Of a stretch of 64,000 nucleotides of DNA, positions 10,304-23,310 are shown in pieces. Location: the NCBI RefSeq assembly GCF_009834535.1, contig NC_045697.1, positions 31,684,001 through 31,748,000 of the forward strand, read 5' to 3'. Position numbers and translations under genes: made by a program. Source of the DNA: Camelus ferus (Eukaryota). Numbering within the stretch: position 1 is the first letter of the stretch; every line of letters begins with the position of its first letter. The notes under the pieces were generated by a model that did not search any database, was not told the DNA's origin, and saw only the letters and a list, made by a program, of their open reading frames with translations.

Positions 10304-12399
10304 ACCACCTCGTACCAGGCAGAGTGCTGGCACACTGTGATATTAGAAAAGTGTTTCCTACTACAATTTTGAACAAGAATCCCTCAGAAAATAAGTAACC
10401 ATTGTTCCTATTTGAGTCTTCCAAGATAGGAACTTGATTGCACTCTTTATTTCTCCCCTGAAAATTCATTTTTGTGTCCACCAAGAAAACATATATCATA
10501 AAATGCTTATCTAATGTTCCAAATAGTACCCTCTTTATAGGATTCATTCATATAATTGAAAATGCATACGCCCCGGGTAATAGGATAAATGAAAGATGTA
10601 AATCATGACTGATTCTCATAGAAAATAACTGCCAGCAGAAATGCAAGTTTCCTCATATTCAGAGATGATATTGCTAAATCTTGTCAGTCACCACAAGGTT
10701 GGAAGTGATCTTTTGTGATTGTCCACAGTGTCTCCAAGCATGTTCCCTAAATTATCCTGCACAGACAAAAATGCAAATGATCATTGCTGAGACCTGATTT
10801 ATTCAGAGGAATTGATTTGGCAACATGAGTGGTCTAGTTCAATGCTGCACAGGAACAGCACAGAGTTTCATAAATTAAGAAGGTCCTTAATTAACATTTA
10901 AGAATACAGCTTGTTGTCAGCTAAGTACATTATGGCATAAATCTTCAATAAATAACTATTTAGTAGCACTAATAATGTTAGGTACCAATCCACTATCAAC
11001 CTTTTCAAAACATTAATAGATAATATTAGTAAGAACATACCTACAACGTTATTACAAATCTTCACATGGCTAGTGTGTAACTGACAAATATCAATTTCTA
11101 AATCCTAGACAACATTGCTCAGTGGTGAAAAAACAGTAGATGAAACTCTCTCTTGTTTCTTCGTGAGTCTGTATTTAGCAAAATGACTACCGTTTTAACA
11201 AACTTATAAGCAATGCTGGTGGCTTAAGTGGTAGGTAACTTATTTTTAAAGGGTGGAAATGAACTTTGAAATCACCACAGTCTGTGAGTGGGATCTGGTG
11301 GCTTAGGTATGATGAAGTGTAACATGGGTCTCTTTTTCTGACAACTAAGCGCTGGAAAAACACAGTTGATTTCCTTCAGCTCCCAGGAGCATCTGAGACC
11401 TGTTTTTAGTCACTTGGCTTTAGTGAACATATGCGTTCAGAAATTAATTGACTGGGTTTAGTTAAGATTTTATAACATAGTGTGCAACTATTTGATGTCA
11501 ATCTTGGCTTTTAATTAGAAGAAAAGCCCAAGGAGAAAAAAGGGATAAAGACCTAGTTACATTAGTACACAGTTTTTCCTCTGATTTGTGATTCCTAGGG
11601 CTAGAGGTCAAGTGCACATCTAAATGTGTTTCTATGTTTGTACTGAAGACCTCATTTTGAGGAAGGGTGCTCATTTTTGCTCATTTTGAGTAGGAATGGA
11701 AAGACATTTTATAATAGCAGCTTATTGGAATGGCTTCTGGATATTAAACCTTTCTCAGTATCAGCTGGAGATTTAGGTGTTTGACCCTTTGCAGAGAAAT
11801 GCAAAGAACTGAACCACCACATACCACCTGGGGAGTGGAACCTCATTAGGAAGAGATGCGTTTACAGAGGAAGACATGGTCAGGTTGGATCTAGTTCTCA
11901 TGATTTTGAAAACAGTGTCGAGCCAAGTGAATGGCTATAGTAGAAGGTCAAACTTCTCTGTTTAGCTATTCTGGTTTGTGTTAATTAATAAGAAATGTTC
12001 TGTAAATACACATTCTTAATTGCAACTAAATTAAATATTCATTTGTAACATTTGCTCTAAAAATTGATTTCTTAATGAGTATGAAATGAGTAGGTCATAC
12101 TTTTAGCACACACAGAACTCCTTGTAAAAGAAGCTAGCTAAAAATAGCATTGGTAATTTTTGAACTTTATAAGGATACACAGAAGTGTTCTCTATGACTG
12201 TGAAAGTTTCTTGATATTGTTAATATCTTTCTAAAACATACATTCATAAAAATCAGAAACTCTTTTGTTTACTCTACAAATTTTACATATAGGTTGTTTC
12301 ACTGGGTATGTTGGATTTGATCTAACTTCCTATGTAATTGAAATAGATACAGAGTAGTCATGGTGCCTGAATCGTCCACAACTACTTTAAGGAAAAAAA

Positions 12400-12580
12400 A
12401 CTCCCTGTTCTCACTCCTACCACCCTACTAAATATTACCACAGCCAGCCATCATAATGTTTCTAAAGGGAAGCATAAATAAAAAGTTGATGCCACTTCTT
12501 TGTGTAAATGTGCCAACAGATTTCCATCTAAAAATGTTAAGAATTAAAACCCTTTCCATGGCCTGAAAGCCTGGCTACTA
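12400..12580 (+). mobile_element. LINE-2 fragment
   Basis: ccacagccagc...tttctaaa...gatgccacttct...aaaccctttccatggcctgaaagcc. Confidence 0.55.
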
Positions 12581-12776
12581 CTCATAATGTTAAATGTCAA
12601 ATGAAATCTTACTAGAGAATTTGATGGAATAATTCCCTACTTATCCAAACGTGTTCTTCAGAACTACTTGGGATCTTGGTGACACCTCTTTATTATAGCT
12701 TAAGCCTTATCATTTCCTTGATCTCAGATCTATCCATCAATGGGTTCATTTCTGCCCATTGAAACTTGTAGATGTA

Positions 12777-14757
12777 TGTCTTAGTCAGCTCAGGCTGCTA
12801 TAACAAAATGCCACAGATTCAAACAGCTAACATTGGGCCCTCTTCCTGGCTTGCAGACAGATATCTTCTTGCTGTATCCATACATGACTGAGAGAGAAAG
12901 CTCTGGCATCTCGTCTTCTTTTTATAAGGACACTAGTCTCATCGTGAGGTCTCTACCCCCTTGACCTCATCTAACCCTACCTACCTCCCAAAGATTCCAC
13001 ATTCTAACACCTTCACTTTTGGGCCTAGGACTTCAATATAGGAATCTGATGGGACAAAATCTGTCCATAACATTCCACTCTCAGCCTCCTAAAATCCATG
13101 TCCTTCTCACACACAGAATAGACTTATTTCATCCCAACAATCCCCAAAGACTTAACTCATTCCAGTATCAACTCGAAAGTCTAAAGTCCAAAGTTTTATT
13201 GAAATATCATCAAAATCAGATATGTGTGAGACTCAAGGTATGAGTCATCCTGAGGGAAAATTCCTCTCCAGTTGTGAACATGTGAAATCAAATTATGTGC
13301 ACATGTGCACAATAGTGGTACAGGTACAAGATAGACATTTCAACTCCAAATGGGAGAAATAAAAATGATGGAAGAAGGGCTGGATTCCAAGCAAATCCAA
13401 AACCTAAAAAAGCAAATTCTATTAGACCTTAAAGTCTAGCCATCAATGGATTCATTTCTGCCCAGTGAAATCTGTAGATGCATGTCTTGGTCATGAATAA
13501 TCCTCTTTGGACCAATGCTCTGCCCTCCAAGCCCACTGGGGCAGCTGCATCACCTTTACAACTTGACTAAGCGGCCTCACCACTTTGGCTCTATGAGGTG
13601 GTCCAGTGCATGTGGATCTCTGAAAGAGCTTGAGCTTCTGAAACCAGGGAGAAAGCAGCTCTGGTCAGGGGAAGGAATGGCAGTCCTAATGATCTCTGAA
13701 TGGACTTCAGGGTCATTTTTGAGAGATAACTGATGTTCACAGCTTTCCTTCATTCCCTCCCATTTTTCTGTTTTCTTTGGTTCCAGCTGGCAGAGATGAT
13801 GTAATTCCATCACTACTCTTGGCTTCTTCTGAGGTGGCTGAGTAAATCCATGCATCTTACCTATGATATCTTTATCAAATCGCTCTTCAACCACACCCTT
13901 CATATTCTTCTCAGAACAAGCTTTTTCATTTTCTTTTTTGCAAGAAAATTTTCCACATCTTCAAGTTTTGTTCCTTTTTTGTGCAGCAATTTCTTCTTCA
14001 ACTAATCTCTGTCCTCTCACATTTTGTTTTAAGTAGTAAGGAGGACCCAAACCATACCTTAAGTGATTTGCTTAAAGGTCTTCCTCTGCTAAACATCGTT
14101 TCATTGTTCACAAGTTCTACCTCCTGCCGAGTAATAGAGCATGAACACAGTTCAGCCAAGTTCTTCACCACTTTTTAATAAGGATCTCCTTTCCTCCAGT
14201 TTCCAATAATACATTCCTCATTTCCATCTGGAACCTCTCCAGATTGGACTTTGACATCCATACTTCTACTAACAATCTCTTTATAACAATCTTGGCTTTC
14301 ATCATGCACTTCAGGACTCTAGCCTCTTCTCATCCACATCACCCAGTTTCAAAGTCACTTTGTCATTTGAGGTATTTGTTCCAGCAGTACACTACAGAAC
14401 TTAAAATCTGTATAAGAGTGCTTGGGCTGCCATAACAAAATACTGTAGACTAGGTGGCTTAAAAAATAGAAATTAATTTCTGATAGTTCTAGAGTCTAAG
14501 TCCAAAATCAGAGAGCCAGCCAATGTGGTTCCTGGTGAGAGCTTTCTCCCTACCTTGCAGAAGGCTTCCTTCTGGTTTCTTACATGGAGAAACAGAGTTC
14601 TGGTGTCTTTTCTCATTATAAGATTAGGACCCCATCCTTGTAAACTCATTTAACTTTTATCACCTCTTCACAGATCCTATCTCCAAATACAGTCATCTTG
14701 GGGCTGAGAGTTTCAACATATAAACTTATGAGGAACATAAATATTCAACCTATAACA
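12777..14757 (-). mobile_element. Two-LTR MaLR element (MLT1A-type LTR-internal-LTR)
   Basis: 3' LTR at 12777..13072 (tgtcttagtcagctcaggctgctataacaaaat...tccataaca) abuts a polypurine tract (agagtggaa on the minus strand). MLT1-int sequence spans 13073..14408 and begins gatttt on the minus strand. 5' LTR at 14409..14757 (tgtataagagtgcttgggctgccataacaaaat...cctataaca). Confidence 0.92.
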
Positions 14758-15469
14758 CTCTCCATTTGACCCAATACAAATACAATAGCAGTAAAAATTG
14801 TTGAAAGCCTTCCTTGGTACTTAAATTTCTTTTAATGGTTCCCAGACTGTCTCTTTCCTGGAGTTGAATTGGGTTGCTAAAATACACGCAGGTGCACACA
14901 CATATGTGCACATAATTTTTACTTTAAATGTTAGAGTTTTCTGTTATTTTATAAATTGCTCTCTGCCTGAAAGTGATGGGGGAAAATGTTGCTCAGAGTT
15001 GTACTGGATTCAAATACATGAAGTGGGAAAAACGGAAACAAGAATTGGTTAGGTGTCTTCAGTCTAGTCACCCCTAACTCTGTCACAGACAGGGAATAAA
15101 ATGGAGACACGTTACCCATGAGTAACAGAATTAAATTGAAACAACTCTAAGAATAACTGGGTTGCCTTTGCCCACTGGCAGCCATGAAAATGGAGAAATA
15201 GGAAATCTTACTTGAACTAGCATTCAGAGAAATTTACAGTGTCTCTACATATTTAATTACAAAATAAATATATTTATTAATTCCAAATAATTGAATATGA
15301 ATTTGGAAGTATTGGGATAGCAGTTGTGCACAGAATTTGGAAAACTGTTTCATGTGTAAAAACAACAGGGGAGCATATTTAAGGAAAGTCAGAATAAGGA
15401 GAGTAGTATTTCAAAAATCTCAAAAAAGGGGGAGAGAGAGATTCTAACAAATGCCAAGTTTCATGTGCA

Positions 15470-15620
15470 CTCTCTTTACCGAGAATGCCCTCCTTTCTTG
15501 GTTCAACTAGTTCATTATTTCCCTTCAAATTTCAGGGTGATCTTCAGTAGGAAGGCTTCTCTAGACACTGCAGTGGGATGCAGATTTCTCAAATCTTTGC
15601 TTGCCCGCCATCCGTGGTAG
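15470..15620 (+). mobile_element. LINE-2 fragment
   Basis: gagaatgccctcctttct...cccttcaaatttcag...aggaaggcttctctaga. Confidence 0.55.
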
Positions 15621-15779
15621 TTGCTGGTGTATTGACTTTGATCAAATTACTCACTATGTTATTAAATGTGGGCTAAATTTACTCTGATCGCTTTTGGAGT
15701 TCATAGGGATAAAACCACCTCATCTCTACATAATACAGTTATCTCTCCTTTTCCACTAGTTACTACTACTGATATTTTT

Positions 15780-16560
15780 TCTTACTTGTATCACTGACCA
15801 GATCAAAATTTCCAAATTATACTAAATAATAATGGTAAAGTAGATATCATTTTTTTTCCTGAATACAAGGAGAACATTTTTAAATTTTGCTTTAAAATAT
15901 TTTATTAAAGAGGAATCATTCTCTAATACAATTAAATTGAAATTTAAAACTTGAGAACAGTCATTTAAGTTATTAGTTTGTACATGTGTTAAATTGACAT
16001 TATAACTTTTTGTCTTAGTAATTAATATATTTTGTTATTTCATCTTTATTTGCATTCTTAGACCAAATTGTTTTTGGTAATGTTAAATCACGTTCAATTG
16101 TAGTAGCTAGCATTTCTGTTTAAATTTTTCTAACATGTGTGAAATTGCTAGAGAGTTTTCTATTTCTAACTATCACTAAGCTGGGGATTAAGGTAATATT
16201 AACTTAATATAATGAATTTGCTAATATCACATTGTCTGTGTGACCAAGAACAGATAATGTAACTTGATAACCAAATTTCTCTTCAAACTTTGAAAGATTT
16301 CACCAATGAATATGGAAACCCATTATGGCTTTTGCTGTAGTATTTTCCTATTTTTGAAAATTTTTCCATGAGTTATGGTCTACTAATTTTTATAATTTTG
16401 TTATACTCATTTGGTATTGAGTTCTTTTTTTAGAAAATAAGCAATCTCAATTAATGTATATGACTATAGTACTTATTACAAAAATTTCACATCTTTTTTC
16501 TTTTATTTTGCATGACTTCTTTTCTCTTTTTTTCACCCAGAGCTGGTTCTCAGTTTTACC
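15780..16560 (-). mobile_element. Ancient L1 (L1M/L1ME) ORF2 fragment
   Basis: T-rich antisense L1 remnants: tactaaataataatggtaaagtagatatc, ttcctgaatacaaggagaacattttt, ggattaaggtaatattaacttaatataatgaatt. Confidence 0.65.
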
Positions 16561-16705
16561 AATCCCTATATTTTATGATGTTTTATAAATCAGTTGAAGT
16601 TTGTAATAATTGATTTGGGCGGACAATTCTCACAAATTTCTTAGCCGAGGATTCATTACTTCAAAATAAATCAGTCTGCACTTTCAGATGTCAAGTTGTG
16701 TTGAG

Positions 16706-16965
16706 AGACAGTATAGCATGCTAGTTAACCATATGGGTTCTAGAACCAAACTGCCTAGGCATGAATGTCAGCTCTACCACTTACCAACTGTGTGATGTTC
16801 AGCAAATTATTATACTCTACGCGCTTTAGTTATCTCCTCCACAAAATCAGGATGATACTAGGATTTACCTCCTACAGTGGTGTTGAGGATTAAATGCATT
16901 GATTTGCACACAGCATTTAGAAAATTGTCTGGCACAGAGTGAGGACTCAATAAATATAAGCAATT
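16706..16965 (+). mobile_element. Near full-length MIR SINE
   Basis: cagtatagcatgctagttaa...cagctctaccacttaccaactgtgtgatgttcagcaaattatt...ttgaggattaaatg...gtctggcacagagtgaggactcaataaatataagc. Confidence 0.92.
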
Positions 16966-19154
16966 GCATTGATTTTTGTTCTACTTGATGGCATAACAAT
17001 GATTCAAGAAAATACAATGTGTAAGGGTTTATTAATCTGACTTCCTTCTGCTGCCTGTTTTATTTGCAGGTAGGAAAAACGTGCATGAATCAAGCCTGAA
17101 AGAAACGAACTCTTCTACCTGTCTGTTTCAATATCTAGGTTTACGACCCATAATCATCTCTCTGAGCAATAGGTAACTGCGGTGACTCGTCAGCATTTCT
17201 CTGCATATGCATACCAAATTCCTGACAGTGAAATGAAAATACCAGAAGCCAGAGTATATGTATAAATATCCACTCAAGTAAACAAAAATAACATAACACC
17301 TTATAAAACATCACCATGGGATACAAGAGGACCAATATAAACAATCATTTGTTGAAAATACAGCAGAGCTTTAAGCGAGTATAATGGAGCCAGACGCCTT
17401 TAGAATTAGCCATAAGGTATGGAGTTTATTAGATGTAACTGGATGCTTATTCCTCCCGTAACCCTGCAGTAAGACCTTTTGAAGCTCAGCAGATGTAATA
17501 GACATGCTAAGTAGGATTCCATCTTTTTTTATGATCTGCACAGGTAGTTACTTAGTGCCTAAGTGCTTTCAGGTTTTGATGATGACATATCTGCAGACTA
17601 CATCAAGCCAGGGAAGCTTGTCAGAGGCGGGGCCAGATGGTACCAAGAGCTTGATGCTTCCAGGATGTGATTCAGAGGCTTATCCAGGACAAAGGCCTTA
17701 CATAATTCTGGCTTTCTCTTGGACTTCCCATATTTCTCTTACAAGTAGTCTCCATTTCATTCACTTTTCCAAGTATCATTTGTATTTCAAAGATATTTAC
17801 AGCTTCACTTAACCTGTGATTTATTTTTTTTTGAAGGGTAAACTGAAGTGCAACCCATAGGCTAACATACTTGAAAATTGGTTGGAAACACTCTTCACTG
17901 CAATGACTTTCCCTTCCCTAAGAAGTAGAAAAAGAAGTATGAAAAAATGTAACGAGCAGAGAGATTTTTTAAAACATATTCATAAGAATTTATTAAAAAT
18001 TAATTAACAATGCATTTGCATTGACATTTTATTGACAGTTTAATTTTTAAAGTAATCAAAAAAGAGGGCACTTAAGAAATGTTTGTCTCTGACAACTTTT
18101 CATGAAAAGAGAAGCTGCTGACTAAAGTTTCTGTGCAATTAATCTGCCAGCCCTCAGTGGGATATGGAATTTGTGATATACAGAAAGTGTCAGACTTAAC
18201 TAATTATAATGTTTGCCTGATGAATAAACTATCAGTATTGATTTTTTGCTGTTCCGTGCTATTTTTCTAGTGTACAACCATTGCTGTATTTCTTACCCCC
18301 TGAAAAATAAACCCACTCTAAAAAAAATTTTAAGAGTGGCTGTAATTTTCCCATAATTGATTTTATTTTATAGAGAAGATGTCCCAAGACCTAGTCAGTC
18401 TCCTCTCTAGCATTTCCTGTTCCTGATTCCTGGTTAAGGAGAAGAGTTAGTAAATGCCTCACCTCCTTCGTGATGAGGAGATACTCTCAGCATCCATGTT
18501 AGTGTATGTAAAGGCGGTGTCTAGAGTTTTCTGAATTACTTCAAAAATAGAACAATGCAGAAAGTCAGAAAATATAATGACGTTTTATATTGGATACTGA
18601 GATGATAAAACAAAATCAAAATTTCAAAGCACATGTCTGAAAATGTGTTCTTCCTTAGTAGTAAATTTTATTACTATCAAAAGAGAAAGATACGCCTATC
18701 AAAGAACTGGCAAGAAAGTAGGGGGTGATAGCTACACGCAAATTCTATGTTGTACCCTCTACACAACATTACTTCCTAAAGAGGACCAGAACATAGTCTC
18801 TGTCATCAAGGAGATTTTAGTCTACTGGAGCAGCAAAGAAATTAATAAAATGATTATAATTTTAAAATCTCTATAGATATCAAATACTATCTATTTATAA
18901 CCCTTCTTAAAAGTTTCCAAGTCATACAGATCTAGGCAATCTTTTATCTGCACAAATGTCTTTTTTGATCCAATTATCAAATTTATTTCAAAACTGCTTT
19001 AACTTCCAACTTTCCGAAATCCTGAAAAAATAAATCATTAATAATTATAGTTCTCATAAACAAGGACTTTACTATACCCTAGTTATCTGTGCTCTGTGTT
19101 CATTTTTCACTTATTTTTTAAGAAAAACAAAAAACTTCAAAAACATGCATTTGA

Positions 19155-19265
19155 ATCAGGGTACTAAGGTTTTTGGCCTGGGAACCAAGTAAACAGCAGA
19201 GCTGTGCTCTGACCCAGCTGTCTATGATTCCAGAACCTCTGTTCTAGGCAGGATGACATACTGCT
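19155..19265 (-). mobile_element. MIR fragment
   Basis: gcagagctg...tgacccagctgtctatgattccagaacctctgttct...catactgct. Confidence 0.6.
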
Positions 19266-20269
19266 TCAAGTAAAGCATTTTAACCAAAAAGGATTACTTT
19301 TCAGCATAAATTTTCTTGTCTCTAAATCTTCTGTTCTCTTAGATGGAAAGAGACTGGTAGGTTTCTCAGGTGTCTTTGAATTCTGAGAACTATGGTTGAT
19401 GTGACCTCAGTAGGAAGACGTTGTAATATTTTTCCTTTTTTCCTTTGTCTCCTCCTCAATAAGTAAAATTCTCACATCACACTTCCTTACATTCAATGTC
19501 TATATTCCCTATTCTGTATTTGCATTATGTTTTAAAAATCTGAATGTTTTTGCATCCTGATGGCTGATACTAGAGAAAGTAAGAAAGGAAGTCAACCCAG
19601 CAAACTGAGTCGATAGAAGCCCAGCTCACATAATAGTGCTTCTTAGCCTTCATCACTAGTTGTTGTCCGTTGCTGTCCCTGTTTATTTTGGAAATTTGTA
19701 TTAAAACAGAACTCAATCTTAATGAAAAAAATGATGTGAGGCATCATTTTAAGCAGTTTTAGAAAAACACTTGAAAATATTCCTTGGGGCACATTTCCAA
19801 ATTATCCAAAGTTCCAGAGTTAAAAAAAAAAACAACTACTTTTTCCTTACGCCCATAAGAGGGATTATTTCAACACACTATATGGGATTCAAAAAAAGAT
19901 TACTTTAAAAGTAATCAGGCAAATTAGGCACTTTGCAATTGTAATTTAACAATTACAGCATTATACTACTGAATTAACAACATGGAAAGATCGTATATGA
20001 TGTAACTGATATATTGTATATGTTTCCCAAAGAAAATGATATTATACAATAATTCAGTGATAAAGGGCTTAAGAGTCACAAAGATTTTAAAGCATCGCCA
20101 TCTCAGGAGCCTCTTCTCTTACTGTAAAAATGAGCATCCTGCTTGTCAGAAGAAAATAATACATATCTAACAGCTGGAAGGTTCTATAAGAATTGGCTCT
20201 TTTATTCATATACCCATTAACTACTCAAGTTGGTAATCCTCGAAGGGGAAATTCCATCTCTGCCCCACC

Positions 20270-20900
20270 AACGTAATTCTCCTCTTTTCTTATATTGGTA
20301 CGTTAGCCTCATAGTCCAGACACTGAAATTGGAAACCACAGAATTGTTTTGGGTATGACTTTCCATCTCCCGTGTGATGTGATCAGGCTGTTCTCAACCT
20401 TCCCTCCCTGTCACACCCTACACACATTTGTTAAATAGAATAGTCTGCTGGCACCCCCATGAATTGCTCTCTTTTTTGAATGCTGCAAAATAAAAACAAA
20501 GCTGGCTGCACATTATGTGAATTGTACAGTTACTTGTGTCTTCACCAGTTTCTTTCCAACAGATTCACCAAACACATGCATGCACGTGTGCACGCACACA
20601 CACACACACATACAGGACTTGAGAACAGCTTATCTCATTTGTTACCAAGTGTTGCCATTTCTACTTTCTTATCTTTGATTCCATTTGCCCCCTCCTCAAA
20701 AGCCTCACTATTGCTCTACCTTGGGCATTCTTCATCTATCCCCGGAATATATCAGTTGTTGCTAGAACAGCTCCTCCGCCTACAGTCTTCCCTCCCTCTG
20801 GTTCCTTCTCTCCACCAGCCCTTGTAATTCAAACCAGATCAAGTCACTCCCTTGTTTAAAACTTGTATTCACTCTTGGTAATTTTTTTTTCACTAAACTC
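20270..20900 (+). mobile_element. Degenerate LINE-2 pieces with an embedded (CA)n tract (~20570..20612)
   Basis: gaaattggaaacc...tgactttccatctc; cagctcctc...tcttccctcc...tctctccaccagcc...aaaccagatcaagtcactcccttgtttaaaac. Confidence 0.55.
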
Positions 20901-21439
20901 CCTATGACTCCATAGTACTGATTTAAGAGTTTAAAAAATTGAAATATAAAAATAAAGTATGCTTCACAAGAAAACTATCCATTATACTGCTTCACTTAGT
21001 CTGGGAAAAATGATGCATTTTTTTTATCGATTAATATCTGAACTGCCAAAGAAACCCATTCAATCGTGTATTTTATGTGTTATTCATGAATGATAATTTA
21101 TAGAGATTATAAAAGAAGTATACTCAGGAAAATTGTATTGTGCTGTAAAGAGGGGTGAAATAAACCATATGTATGGAAATGTTTATTAAGACCTTCAGTA
21201 ATAGAATGTGGAAAAACAAAGGGTGAGAATCAAGAGTCAACGTACTGACAGGTGAAGTGCTTAAGGCTAGTGTGCTCTGCCTTGATACATCTTAAAATTA
21301 TCATAACCGTTTCTTTTGCTTTGGTAATGCTCCAATTGACTGAAACCTTCTTTGAAGACAAGAACCATATCCTATTCCTCTTTGGAAGAGAACATTGCCT
21401 AATGAAAAGAGCATAGTGTTTGCAACCAGGTACATTTGA

Positions 21440-21630
21440 TTTTGAATACAAAGCCAGCCATTCATTAGATGTAAGCGACTTTGCAAGTTACTTAATTACC
21501 TACGCCAGTTTTCTCCTTCTGAGACTGGAGGTATTAATAGCTGAAGAATTTATTTAAAGTGTAATAAAATAAAGTGTATCAAATTCCTTGCAAAAGGACT
21601 ACCATAATGAAAATCAATAAGTGGTAGTGT
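21440..21630 (+). mobile_element. MIR fragment
   Basis: gcgactttgcaagttacttaattacct...cagttttctccttctgaga...atcaataagtggtag. Confidence 0.7.
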
Positions 21631-22741
21631 TTTTTTGTTTTCAGTAAGTATTTGTTAAATCATTATCTGGTTGGATTTTTCTCAATAACATTTTATTGCC
21701 AATTAAAATATTAACCATTTAGAGCATTCTCAAAGGATCTAGGAGAGAAAGAAAAAACTCCACATGATTTTGGAAAGGCTACAAAGGATAAAAAATGATA
21801 AAAGTGAAAAAAAGTTAAGGTAATTAAGCATCATAACCTGTGTACAAAAATGGAAACGTTCTAGGCAAAGCCTGTCAAAGTATTACTGACTAAAGATCTT
21901 CTCCCATATCCTTTGGATCTTAAGAGTAAATCTCATCTAAGTCTTCCCTCTTCAATCCAACCCAAGAGTATAAATTTAAACATGATTGCTGTCTTAGCTT
22001 TTAATATCTGTTTTATCTTAACCTCTTGCCTCTGAGAATTCTTGATAATATTTGCAGCAGTAGTTCTTTAATCAAATTTGAGAGGAATTACTCTCAAAAG
22101 CCTGCTTTCAAAAGCAATCATTACATGTAAAAAAATAATATTTCTTGCTTAAAACAGTAGCACATGCACAATGTAGAATTTCAAACCAAAATTACAAAAT
22201 TCCACCCCAGCATAAAGGAAAACAATACACAAATTTAAAGTGATATGAGTTTCAGGAAAATTTTGAAAAATAGTATTGATAAGATGATGTTGATAGAACA
22301 GAATTATTTAAACTTGGAAGACCAGTTTTGAGGGAAAGAAAGTGTCCAGAAATACTTTACTCAAACACATCATCATTCAGCTATAAAGCCAATACATAAA
22401 TATTTCAAACTGGAAAAATACAGGAGTTGAAGGAAAATGAATACTTTAAAATGAAACCAAGTGGAAGCCAAAAGAAAGGAGGAAAGAAAAGTGTAAGAAA
22501 ACAACTATTTAGTGGTGGATTCTAACCAAACAATACATGTGTCAGGAAGCTCCTATGACAGGAGTAGGACAGGTTTTCAAGCCAAAAACTCATCACGCAA
22601 TGCATACCGGTCTCTGAGATAAAACCCATCAAGAAAACTGGGATCTTTGAACAAACTATTTAGAGACAAAATGCCAACACCAAAGGATGAGAGTTAAAAA
22701 TTCAGGCATGAAGAAGTAATGGTTAGAAAATTGATGGTTGC

Positions 22742-22887
22742 GGGGGAGGATATAGCTCTGTGGTAGATCACGTGCTTAGCAGGCACGAGGTCCTAGGTTC
22801 AATTCCCAGTACCTCCACTAAAAAATAAACCTGATCACCCTCTCCCCCACAAAATTTATAAAATAAAAATTAATTAATTAAGAAAAA
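22742..22887 (+). mobile_element. tRNA-Ala-derived SINE (camelid vic-1 type)
   Basis: ggggaggatatagctctgtggtaga (A box)...ggttcaattcc (B box), then aaacctgatcaccctctcccc and an A-rich tail. Degenerate TSD agaaaattgatggttgc / agaaaattggtagtgc. Confidence 0.93.
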
Positions 22888-23310
22888 AGAAAATTGGTAG
22901 TGCTATGTATTTCTGAGAAAGTCTCAATCAAATGAATGGGTTTAGATTAACAAAGATAGCACATTAAATAATCCTACATTGCACTCAAATGGTCCAGCTC
23001 TATTAATCCTACTGTCCTCAGTCATTGGCTTAGAGCAGTTTAGGGAGATCATAGCTTTGGTTTGGACACTGAAGTATATTCCAAAGATATTGCCCACCAC
23101 AGAGGATGATGTCCACTAACAATACTCCTTGCAGAGTATCTGAGTAGGATACTCCCAGGGCTGCCAAATCTACAAATGGAAAAAAAAAAAAAAAAAACAA
23201 TTCTGAGTGCAAACTTAGGCTGATTGTTCCAAGAAAACTTGGAAAGATCTTCATGGACTCTGAGAAAATTGTGTGACCTTCAAGAACCCTAGAAATATTA
23301 AAATATACTC

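Noticed and set aside
11301..11350. Box C/D snoRNA-like motif (gcttag..ATGATGA..CTGA..ctaagc)
   Set aside because: Only 22 nt lie between box C and box D, leaving no room for D'/C' boxes. It is too short and likely chance.
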